This document shows positions 52,941-64,000 of a DNA stretch of 64,000 nucleotides, in pieces; within the stretch, counting starts at the first letter, position 1; each line of letters starts with the position of its first letter. Made by a program: the position numbers and the translations under genes. The stretch covers positions 62,001-126,000 of the forward strand of contig MQRK01246750.1 in assembly GCA_001938485.1 (NCBI GenBank), in the 5' to 3' direction. This stretch comes from Girardia tigrina (lineage: Eukaryota). The notes below the pieces were generated by a model. That model was given only the letters and a program-made list of their open reading frames with translations, was not told the DNA's origin and ran no database searches.

Positions 52941-53408
52941 CTAAATAAGAAAATAGACAAATGAAATTATATTTAAATTATTTAATTAATTACAATTTTA
53001 TAAAACACTGGTTAGCAAAAATAAAACTTAAATAATGCAGTTCCTTAAATCAAAATTAATAATTAATCAATCGGATTGAATATATTTTTGAAAAAGTATT
53101 TTGTTTGAATATTCAGAAATACCGATCGGATTAAAAAAACAGTGTGTTGACAGAAAATTTCAAAACAATCTATTCGTATCAAACAATTTCGCAATTAAAT
53201 TCCAATTCGCAATCCGAAGATTCAGATTTATCGTATATTTGAACATTTATCGATTATATTATTTGATCCACTAACCGAATATTTTGATTCGTTCCGTATT
53301 GGTGTAATCGATTATTTTATTGTAAAATATAAATTATTATAATGGATATTTGTTCTATTCTGAGTGGTGTGCCCCCGATACTAACACATACCATGTCAGG
53401 AAATTTAA

Positions 53409-53624
53409 CCCTCAATAACCTAGAGTTTCAATTTTGATACCAATCTTTTAAACGTTCTTTATGGCGTTAATGTCTGAAGTATCAAAATTGATACCTGTTT
53501 TTTTCTAAATAAATATGTAAAATAAATATTGTGATTTTTTAGCTATTTTTCCCTTCATCTAGACCCTCGAGCAAACACAGTAATATTAAAAATAAATCAC
53601 TTTCGTAAATCAGGCTACTAAGGG
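53409..53624. mobile_element. piggyBac-type MITE (216 bp)
   Basis: TTAA|CCCTCAATAACCT...AGGCTACTAAGGG|TTAA (10/13 TIR match). Confidence 0.6.
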
Positions 53625-54774
53625 TTAAAATAAGAATCCTCACATTAACTCACTTGATTTATTCCAAATTCATTTTTATATTGACCAATAATAAAAATTA
53701 TAAAAAGAAAATTAATTGAAATATTAGGTGGATTCATATTCTATATTATATTATTTGAATATTATATTATGCGGTAATATATTATATTATCTACGATAAG
53801 GAAAACAAAATTTAAAGAATATAAATAGTAAGTAAAGCATAATTGACAGTCAAATAAATCATAAATGAAATCATTTAATTTTTTCCTCAGTTATGATGAA
53901 AACTATTTTTATTTGTATATATTAATTATTATTTTTATTTAGGAAGATTTATTTTTCAAGAAAATATTTGTTTTGTAGTTGAAAATGAGTTCAAAATAAT
54001 GATTCTCTGTCTAAATGGAATGAAATATTATGAGATATTTAGAGAATTTTACGGATCATTTATTTCTAATAAAAATAATATATTTATTTTTAAGTAACTC
54101 ACTAACCGTTTCTAAAAAAGGTTAGTTGAAAAATTAAATGCACATTTAATTGTTTTAGTGATCGAATGTTAACAATTATCTCAGAGGAATAACAAGATCG
54201 ATTGAGATATTATAAATATATAACACGCGAAAGTAAATAAAACCTTTCCATCTCACCCTAAAAGGGTATTAGATTTGTCCTGCAGATTAAATATCTATTA
54301 TAATTGTAGTAAAAGAATAAAACAAATGAACTATAAAAAGAATTCAGTATATTAAAAATAAACTCCTGAAAAACAAAAAATTTAAGCTAAATACTTCTAT
54401 GAACAACGTTAAAATGTACATTTGGATTCTTCGATGAGAGGTTGGATGTGTGTTTGCTTTAACCAGTTAGATGGGAATTACGTCTCTTGGTTCCTTTAAA
54501 AGACAGTATAACCTCTAAATTAAGCAAAAAATGGAGAACGGTAAAACATAGTTGTTAACATCTCCATGTTAATTTTCTCCAATTTCATATGCCAATAATG
54601 TACCATTTTCACTATAACCAATCATAAAAAAATCATCTTCCTCCAAAAGTAGAATTGACCAAATTCAGAGGGTTTCCATTGATTTTTAAAAGATTCTTTA
54701 TAAGAAATTTAAAAAATAATGCCAATTTTTTGTATTAAAATCAAAAAATGCCATTAAGAAAATCAAATTTGATT

Positions 54775-54980
54775 GCAATATATTTTGGTGAGTTTTCCAC
54801 CATCTTCAGGCTGAATTAACAACAATTTTTCTGTCTTATATATAGCAAATTGATAATTATGTAAACATCTTGCGTAATAACTAATTAAGTATTTTCAACA
54901 AATTGGAAGAGAGACTTGTTTGGACATTAATGGACGGATTAAGTGATTTAATCAATAATGCTTCACAAGTAACTCTTTCC
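54775..54980 (-). mobile_element. PLE 3' end with a decayed hammerhead (54775-54812)
   Basis: RVTCEALLIKSLNPSINVQ, then gc CTGAAGA t GGTG gaaaact CACC aAAA tata tt gc (G12 mutated). Confidence 0.6.
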
Positions 54981-55329
54981 CAATAATTTTTAAAATTACT
55001 GCACAATATTTTAAAATTATTTTAAAATATTTCTTTTTTTAAAAGACTGTTTTTAAAAGTGGCCAAAAGGAAAAGTTGAGCAATTTAAGGATTTGCTAAC
55101 TTTATAGGTTATATTGTATATGAATTACAAATATGAAAATATTATTGAGTATTGTGGATTCAAATTTAATTAATAAAAATGCTTAAGTTGAGTTATATTA
55201 GATTATAAACACATATTCAAAAAACACTTCTTTGAAGATAATTGGGAATTAATTGTGTAAAAGAACCTCGCATGAACAGGAAATGGTCAGTGATATCCTA
55301 AAATAATCGTTCCAATTTTATTATATGTA

Positions 55330-55862
55330 GAGCCGAAGCTTAATACTGTTAAGAACACTGAAACAGTTTTTTTCACAACATTGTTACCACAATGAGAATT
55401 GCTTCCGTGACTGTTCTCGGATGATCCTTCACAATTATGTATTGTTTTTCTGAGTTTTAATCCTGATTATTCGAAAAAAATTCTTCATTTCTTAATTTTG
55501 AAATCTTTGAGTGGAATTAATAATTTGAAGTTTATTGTTCATTTAAACGATTTATTAGATTTCATTTTATATAAATATTTTGAAATATTATCTTTTTTTA
55601 AATTATGACCCTCAAAATTTATTTTATTTCAGTTCATTGAAACTATTTTTAATTTCGTTTTTCACTAATATTTTTAAATATAATCTATTTAGATGTTATC
55701 ATTTTATTATTAATAGTAACTTAAAATTTTAATTGTGTTCGAATAATCAGTTTTCACAAGTATAATAACACACCAACTTTTAACTGTATTTGTGAATCAC
55801 CTTCTAAGTTCACCATACTAAAGTCAACATACCACATACATACCCATTTTAAATATTCCAAA
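55330..55862 (+). mobile_element. Decayed PLE-like repeat (paralog of 44600-45148)
   Basis: Shared blocks ttaagaaca, ctcgga.gatc, tgttcgaata and gtcaacatac. Confidence 0.4.
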
Positions 55863-57553
55863 CAAATAATTTTATTATTATTATTAAGATTAATGTACAA
55901 ACGGGTCTCTGAAAAACCCTATTGAGCATGTTTAGATGGCATAATAATCCATTGATGACATAATCATCGCTTGCTTATATAAGCAGATTATTATTATTAT
56001 TATTATTATTAATATTTTATATATTATTAAAATTTTCATTATTTTAATTTTAATTTTAATTTTATTCTTTATGTTATTTCTACTAAACTATAAAATCTTA
56101 GTGATCTTTCAAAGTTTGTATCTTCTCGGATTCCATATATGTACACATTTAAAGCGTTAGATGAAATTATATTTTCTGTTTATTTTAATCCTATCAATAT
56201 CATTTAACTAAATATTTAGGAAAAGATTAAAAGAATAGATAGAAACAACAAAAATAGCACCTCTACTATAAAGTAATTTTCAAGACTATTTCAAGAATCA
56301 AAATATAATAAAATATACAGACAATCTTCAATAATAAATCAAATTAAATATGTTTGATGACTAAATATTCTTTTATCTTTATTGTATTAATTATTTTACC
56401 GAATGTTCTTGAATGAATCGATTGCCTTTAATTATATTTTTTACTACAAACTAATTTTTCCGACCCTTCCTGATAATAAAAGAAAGCCTTTTCTAGATCA
56501 TTTTAATGGGGAGGAAAGGTATGAACTTATGTCTACATTTATTTCTTTCACTATATTTATTAGGCTTTTAATTTAATTTATTATATTTTAATTGACAATT
56601 TTAACAAATAAAATAAAAATATTTAAATTTAAAAATAGCAAAATATTGATACAAAAGTAATATTTTTTAGGTGGAAAATCTTAAAATTGTTAGATAAAAA
56701 TTGCAATTATAAATCTTCTTTTCTAATATCATTTATCACATAATTACATTTATCACATAATGATTAAATTACTTGATAAAATAATTTAATTATATAATAA
56801 AATGATAAAAGGAAATAAGAAACTTTCAATTACTTTCTATTATGTTTTATGAAAGATTGTAAAAGTTCTAAATGGTGTTTCCATTACATAAAAAAATTAC
56901 AATAAATATTTTATTTCCCAATGAGATACTTAAATAATTTACATAAAAAAACGAAATTTTAAATATTCCAAATGTTTTACAATTTTCCTAGCAAAATAAT
57001 TACTTCAGAAGAACGTAATTTCCTCTTCCTTTTGATTTAATCTTAGAATATGTAATAAAGGTCCATAACAATCTTCACGAATTGTTTTCTGTACAGTCTA
57101 CAAAAAACGTATAGGAATAAAATTTACAACTTAAGCCCATCTTGGAAAGTGAGATTTGATCGAATTTCAAATCCCAGAGGTTACCCGTGCAAACACAGCA
57201 AAATTATCACATTTGAACCGCTGATTTTGGGGAAATCATTTAACACAGAAAATTAAAGACGCTTCTCCAACAAATTGAATTTAATCTTCATATTAGTAAT
57301 AAAAATGAGAAAATTATTTTTTTTCATCAATTTCCAAATAATTTTCTCCATAATTCATTAAAAACAAAATTTCTTTTCTTGAAATATTCGTTTAAAAATT
57401 TCCATTTAGTTATTTGGTTATTTTTTCTCAATTTATTTTATTCATTTATTTATTTCAATATTATTTAATTTAGAAATATATGTATTTATTCAAAAACATA
57501 TTTATATATATAGTAAATTCTGTGTAACTCGCCAAAATCAGTAAATCCAAAAC

Positions 57554-57856
57554 AATAATAATAAATAAAAAAGTTTTAAAAACCACGTTTTCATATGGAC
57601 TAAAAAGAGGAAAATAATTTTTTTCTAGATATGTGAGAAATTTTATACCTAACCAAAAACGTGGGCGGATTTCTGAATTACTGCTATTAGTAACTGCTAT
57701 TTTCTCTTTACTGCTTTTTAGTAACAATCGATTATTTCTATGTCCCACGTTTTTGGTTAGATATAAAATTTCTCACATGTCTAGAAAAAAATTATTTTCC
57801 TCTTTTTAGTCCATATGAAAACGTGGTTTTTAAAACTTTTTTATTTATTATTATTT
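57554..57856. repeat. Near-perfect inverted repeat (arms about 113 bp, spacer about 75 bp)
   Basis: aaaaccacgttttcatatggactaaaaagagg...aaccaaaaacgtggg mirrored by cccacgtttttggtt...ccatatgaaaacgtggtttt. Confidence 0.85.
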
Positions 57857-58189
57857 TCTTATNNNNNNNNNNNNNNNNNNNNNNNNNNNNNNNNNNNNNN
57901 NNNNNNNNNNNNTGTCTAGAAAAAAATTATTTTCCTCTTTTTAGTCCATATGAAAACGTGGTTTTTAAAACTTTTTTATTTATTATTATTTTCTTATTTT
58001 TTAGTAGTATTATTATACTACTTAGTATTATAATACTACTTATTATTATAAGTAGTATACCAAGATTTAATTTTATAATTTATAAATTTTATATTTTAAT
58101 TTAGTCCATATAAAATTAAAATTAATTAATTTGAATTTATTAGAGCATTTTTGAGATCCAGAGATGCTAAAATCTCAAAATGTCAGGAA

Positions 58190-58325
58190 GAAGAAGCCTA
58201 CGTAAAAAATTTCAGAACGATCGGATGAGTGGAAGTGGTCTAAAAAAGCGTGTGAAAAGTGAAACATCACAAACAAACAGAAAGACAGACAGAACCCAAA
58301 GCAAGTTATGTAAAACGTGGTAAAA
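58190..58325 (-). mobile_element. Possible Helentron/HINE-like non-autonomous element end
   Basis: Reverse complement starts TTTTACCACGTTTTA, followed by a (CTGT/TTGT) microsatellite and a CCGATCG...GAAATTT core. Confidence 0.3.
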
Positions 58326-58944
58326 TAGGTAACTCAGACAAATTTTCGAGTTAAACAATAATTAATTTTTCAACTTACTAATTAAATTATTTGTTTTTTT
58401 AACTCACATAACATTAAGCAACTTATTAAACCATTTTTAAACCATGGAAAAGTCAGATAAAACAACAGAAAATAAAATTATAGAATAACTATTTTTTATT
58501 AATCTTTACTATCCAATCAATCAACGTTCCAGGCCTTTTATTTGCAGAGCCTTGTTAATCAAATCGATTCCACTTATTGCGTCCACATCATAATTCTGTA
58601 AATCGTTAAAATATTTATTCATAGTGTCTAGTGCTGAATATAAATCTTCTTAAGATATTTTGAGGGTTCAATTTTTGCTAGAGAAATTATAATTAGAATC
58701 AGATAAGAAAGTTTGATTTTGCTTTAATAAATCCTGATCTTTTTCGCTATTTTTATTTACCAACATATCATTAAAATCATATCCACATTCAAGAAATTCT
58801 ATCTCATTCATTGGATCACTTATTCCAGCCTTTGTGATAAATTCTTTAAAAGATTAAATTTTATCCTCAATAAATTCCTCAGTATTATTTTTTTCAGTTC
58901 CCAAACTCTTTTATATACAAAAATTTATTATAAAATAATGTTTT

Positions 58945-59830
58945 TTATTTTCCCAGGAGGGACTTTATCTGATTGATTGATCGGCTTTTTTTGTCTTCAG
59001 AATCATCAGTCGCCCCTTTGGTGATCACTGCAACTTGTATAGGACAGCTACTTCACAGGCTTTATTCAGAGCTCATCAGCATCTTCGGCTTCCTCGAATA
59101 TTGAACCTTCAATCTCAGGGGCTCTTGGATTGTGGAATAGATTGCTTGTGTCCCTTCCATCACCGAATGCAGCTCATTGACGCGCACTCCATCGAATATT
59201 GGATCTGATGGTTGCGTTTGCAATGGCCTTCTTCTTGTCTGAGAGGAAGATGGCCCTGAGTGGTTTGATTTTATCGGGGATCTAGGTTCCTAAAGTTCCT
59301 ACAATTAATGTAAACAATAGTACTCTGTGATCGCTGTAATGATTCCTTATGGATTCCGCCAGTGGTCCATAATATTCGAGATTGTCCTTATTAGCACGTT
59401 TCAGATTTTTTCCTCATCAAAGGGCCAATTAACATCTATTAAGACAATTCTCTTTTTCTCAGGGAAGTAAATCTGCAAGTCAACTCTGAGTGGGGAGTAA
59501 ACAAAGCGACATTGAACGTTGACATAGAGTTCAGCGTTGCAGTACTGGCGAATTTCTGAAGCTAGAATGTCAAGAACGGTATCATGCCGAACATTAATGT
59601 AGGACATGAGGGAAGGACAGCAACAGAGAACATGTTTGAGAGTTTCCGCATATTCCCCGCATTGCCTACAAGGAGCAGTTTCCCCAAACCGACATTTAAC
59701 TGGGAGAGTTTATGAACGACCCTTCTGAATGAATTGCCAAAGATAGGTGACTCTTGTAAACAACAGAGGTCGTGAATGTAGATAGCGAGAGGGCAGATGC
59801 CGATCGACCCGCACTATTCTACTCAGTCCA
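58945..59830 (-). mobile_element. RLE-type (NeSL/Utopia/R5-like) non-LTR retrotransposon 3' fragment
   Basis: WQFIQKGR..LP, CCHC knuckle CRQCGEYAETLKHVLCCC, RHD, LRVDL..IVLIDV..PFD, IVGTLGT; A-rich tail. Confidence 0.85.
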
Positions 59831-60429
59831 GGAATAAAGATAATGGAGGGAAAGACATCTGGTACATCTTTTCAAGAATTTACAAGAAAAAGTATTTCAT
59901 CTTTGAGATTTAATTGTTTATAGCACAAGAATGTATCAAAATCAGATTCCATTGTTTCAATGATGTGTGTTAACTTTTTCTCATTGAAGATGACTTTGAA
60001 AGCCTTAATAATTCTTGGTCTAGTGGTTGTTCTCGAGCTGTCAAAGTTGGAGGTAAATAAATTAACTTAATCATTTTAAAACCAATTATTATTTTATGAG
60101 CTTGTTAATTATCAATCTCAAGAAATAATTTTTGTATTTTTTGCTAATTCCATACTAATTCAAGAATATCCATAATTTGTTAGAGTATTTATAATTAGCG
60201 ATTTCCTTTACATTAAAACTGTTAAAATACCTATTAATCTGTTTTAGTTCTGGATATATTACAGAGTTGTGCACAATTATATATACTGTGTTTTTAACCA
60301 TCTATGACTCACTACCCTGTACGACAATGCTGGTACTGTAGTCTCTATAATACTCAATTATCCGTTCAGTTGGGGGAGGCTTAAAAATAATGTGTGCACT
60401 AATATATATATATACTGTGTTCAATCATA

Positions 60430-60679
60430 TTGGGTTGAGGAATAAGTTACCGCCGTTTTTTGAAAAATTAAAATTTTATTTTTTAACAAAAAAGTTACTA
60501 CAAATTAATCACAAATATAATCTCCGCCATTGTTCACGACTTCTTCCCAACGTTCAACGAGTTTTTCAATGCCTCTTTTGTAAAAATCGCCCAGTCTTGA
60601 CTCAAAAATTGATTAAAATTGATTGACTAAAAACTGATTAAAAATTCAAAAAACGACGGGAACTTATTCCTCAACCTAA
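60430..60679 (-). mobile_element. Internally deleted mariner (250 bp)
   Basis: TIRs TTGGGTTGAGGAATAAGTT and AACTTATTCCTCAACCTAA with TA TSDs; FYKRGIEKLVERWEEVVNNGGDYI. Confidence 0.9.
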
Positions 60680-60759
60680 TATATTTACTATGTTCACAAA
60701 TATATATACTGAAGCTAATTTTTTTAATATAATTAATTTAAGAAATATTCAAATAAATA

Positions 60760-61387
60760 CTTAAATTAATATTGTAGCACAAAACAAAACAGAAAATCTA
60801 ACTTTTAGTAATTTGAAACCACTGCAAGATTTTTTACATACGGATTTATAATTTATAGAAAATGGAGACCGGGAATCATAGAAAATACATCTTACATCTA
60901 CGTTGTACACATTATCGACGCCATATTTGCTTATTAATTTATGTAGATGGACAAAGAAATCATCAAAATTTCTTTTTTTCAATGTTAAAAGATTCACCGC
61001 GCAACTTTCTCAATTTTAAACCATTTCTTAGTCTAAAAGCCTCTAACCACCCATTAGATGCTTTGAAATCTGTTTTTTTCTTGTAGCGCATAAAAAAGTG
61101 TTTTTGCTCAATCAAATTATCATAAATAATACCACCCAAATTTTCTATTTTATTAATATATTTTAACTCTTGCTTTTTTTACATTCTCCTTTTCATCGTT
61201 CGACATTACGAATAATAAATCCTTCTTTCTTTTAATGTCGTTTATATCTCTTCTTGATATATTCTTTCGGATTTCTCTGCAAAAAATTTGCAATTCTTTG
61301 GTGTGATACTTCTGTCCTACTATGAAAGTATCTAATAATTTCAATTTTTTCTAAATCAAAAGAGTTGTAAGAATTCGTTTTGGCATG
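60760..61387 (-). mobile_element. Tigger/CENP-B-like pogo transposase remnant
   Basis: FKASNGWLEAF, LRGES, VYNVD, KVRFSVLFCA. Confidence 0.7.
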
Positions 61388-62549
61388 AATAAAAAATTGT
61401 CATGTTAATTTATTTAATTAATTCAAATAGTTTTTTTTTATAATTCACCAATTAGCATTATAAAATTCTTTCAAATAAAAAAGTAACTTAGACAAAATGG
61501 TGAGTTATATATATATATATAATCTTATAATATTTAATCTTCAGTATACTTTTTAAGAATTATGTGTGATAAAAGTTAAAAAAAAAATAACCCTCTTAAT
61601 ATAAAAAAAATGAGAATTATACTCAAGTCAAAATGATCAAATAAACAATTGATTTTCGAAAAAAATCAAAAAATAACATTAAAAAAATAAAATATGAAAA
61701 TGTCAACAAATAATAATTTTTAAAAAAAGTAAAATTCAATAAAAATACGAATAATTTTTTTAAAAAAATTATTATATAAACTGAAATTTATTTTAATTGT
61801 ATCTTTTATGATAGTTTTTCATATTTTTTCTCTCCATCAATTTGAATTTAAATGAAAATCATTTACTTTATGCCTATTAATTAACAAATTTAATCAATTT
61901 TTTAGCAGTCAAAAATCATTTTAAATTTTAATCTAAAAGAAAAATAATAAATTGAAAAAAAAAATAAAGTAGAAAAAAAACAGAAAAAAAATTCAATGAA
62001 TATATACGTTCAAAATTTAGTCAAAATTTTTCTAATATAAAAAAAAAGAAATAATTAATTAATTAAATAAAATGTCATATAATGGACTACTGAGATGAGT
62101 TTGAATAAAAATTTAATAGATAAATTAAAAGTGAAATTTTATCAAATAGTAAAATTTTGCTGAATGGGAAAATAAAAATTGTTTTTAATAAATATGATAT
62201 TAATAAAATTTTAAAAATATATTACCAAAAATATGTATTTATTATCAATAAAGATCAACCATCATAAAGAAACAAGAGAGTCAATTTCCAAGGACCTAAT
62301 TTAATATATAAAATTTCGAAGTCTATTTTTTACAATAATTAATAAATTTGGTGCATGATGCAAAGAATTTTTATGTTACTTGTGTTTAGTACTGTTTTAC
62401 TTTTGTTGCGGAGTTTACAACTGTATGTTAAAATCCTCAAGTCTCCTTAATTGCTGGAGGTCAGACTTGTGATTATCAAAATAGTGACTTTATTGGATCA
62501 GGTAATTAAATTTATTCTAATAAAATTTGGAATGTTTTAGGTGCTATCA

Positions 62550-63060
62550 ATTTGTATAATTCAAAGTCAAGAAATGTAGGAGAAATTATAAATTTTGAAG
62601 GATTCTTATATTTAAGAAACAAAATCCAATCAAAGACAGTTAACGAAAAGTGTATGAACATGAAAAAGTTGTCTAACTCAAAATCTTCAAATTTGACTAA
62701 AACAAGAATCTCCGGGAGTACTGGTACACATTGTTTCCTCTGAATTCTATTGACGTCGGAGTAAGAAAAAAACAATTTTCATAGCAATTCCTACCACAAT
62801 ATGGAATCCCCTTACAGAATCGTACACCATGTAATGATCGAAGTTAATGAGGAAATTCATCAGCTTCAAGTTCTATAGTTAACTTTCGGCAGATTATTAG
62901 ATTGAATAGAATAATAGTGTACAACCTTCCTTCAGCATCTTTCATTTTAAGCAAATTTTATAAATATTGTAATCATTTTATAATATAATAGTGATCAATG
63001 TAGAGATAATGGAATTATGATTTTCAGTACAGATGAATCTCCTGAATAGTTACAAGAATA
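62550..63060 (+). mobile_element. Decayed MULE N-terminus (FLYWCH-like)
   Basis: GEIINFEGFLY...KC...H and IMIFSTDES. Confidence 0.45.
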
Positions 63061-64000
63061 TTGAAAAAAATTTTAATAAAACTAATACTATGATAAAATA
63101 TTGCCTAAAAGAGAAATAAAAAAGAAATTTCTATCCGATAAACTTTTTAGTGAAAGAGTTAAAATAACAGGGCTTTTTTAACATATTGATGGGAGGGGCA
63201 ATTGCCCCCAACCCAGTGAGCAAAAAATCCACTCTAGTCCGAGGTAAAACTGAGAGTCTGGAGGGGCAATTTAGAAAAAAACATATCTTAAAAACATAAA
63301 TATTCTACTTTTGAAATTAGACATTTGAATAAATTAACATTGTATACTTATCTTGAGTAGCTTATTTTTTCTTTCGTCTGTTCTCTTCGATTGATCTATA
63401 TTGGATAATCCTGTACATAACAAAAACGTAATATTGAATGTTTCACGATCAATCAAACTCATGAATATAAGAATGTTGTCAATAGGCACAGGTCATTTAT
63501 ATTTATGGATCTATAGTAAAAACTTGTAATTAAGACACGCTTAAAGATTATAAAAGGTCTGTGATCATTTCTTATACAAAAATAATGAGATAATTCGATA
63601 AGGCAATTAAGTTCTACTAATTTATGTCGTAATAATAACTAATTTCATAATGACTTTGATTAACACTTTATGATATTTATAAATGTTCAATATGACGTTA
63701 CTCACACTGAACTTGATAAGTCTCCTTCGGCGCTATAGAAACGTACTTTTGTAAGTAATATTGTCATTGGTAAGACCTAATCCTCACAGCATGCTTCCAG
63801 AAAGGCTTGTTTCATTTTACAACCTGGCAGTTTCATCACATTTCATGAATACCTAAGCTGAGACAACTAACCCTTGCATTATGATCGTTAAGAAATTGCA
63901 AGGAGCCTGAATGTTTCATCCTCGTATTGCTGGGACAGAGTTATTTAGAGTGAATGAAAGAGATTTATTTAATTTACTTAAGTTGAAGTATTTTTTTAAA

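Noticed and set aside
1-64000. Uni-strand piRNA-cluster-like orientation bias
   Set aside because: Many elements lie on each strand. The slight minus-strand excess is not convincing without small-RNA data.

Overview
AT-rich eukaryotic (probably invertebrate) scaffold with assembly gaps at 11583-12551, 33251-33540, 41216 and 57863-57912. I found no convincing host gene, rRNA or tRNA. The window is a nested transposon graveyard. DNA transposons: mariner (five TA-flanked copies with both TIRs, plus fragments), Tc1, pogo/Tigger, piggyBac with MITEs, MULE, a hATm-like hAT and a Chapaev3-like remnant. Retroelements: Ty3/Gypsy pol, a solo LTR, a CR1-like remnant, a NeSL/Utopia-like RLE element and many Penelope-like element (PLE) fragments. 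Signals not visible in the ORF track: (1) three core-intact and two decayed minimal type-I hammerhead ribozymes in PLE pseudo-LTRs, two of them in tiny units embedded in (TA)n; (2) an RTE-like LINE whose RT is followed by three spaced C2H2 zinc fingers and a structured GC-rich 3' UTR ending in GGAGGCC, present as a head-to-tail chimera inserted into the GIY-YIG motif of a PLE; (3) patchworks built from short copies of nearby sequence, often next to DNA-transposon ends. All family calls come from motifs recognised by eye, and boundaries of decayed elements are approximate.
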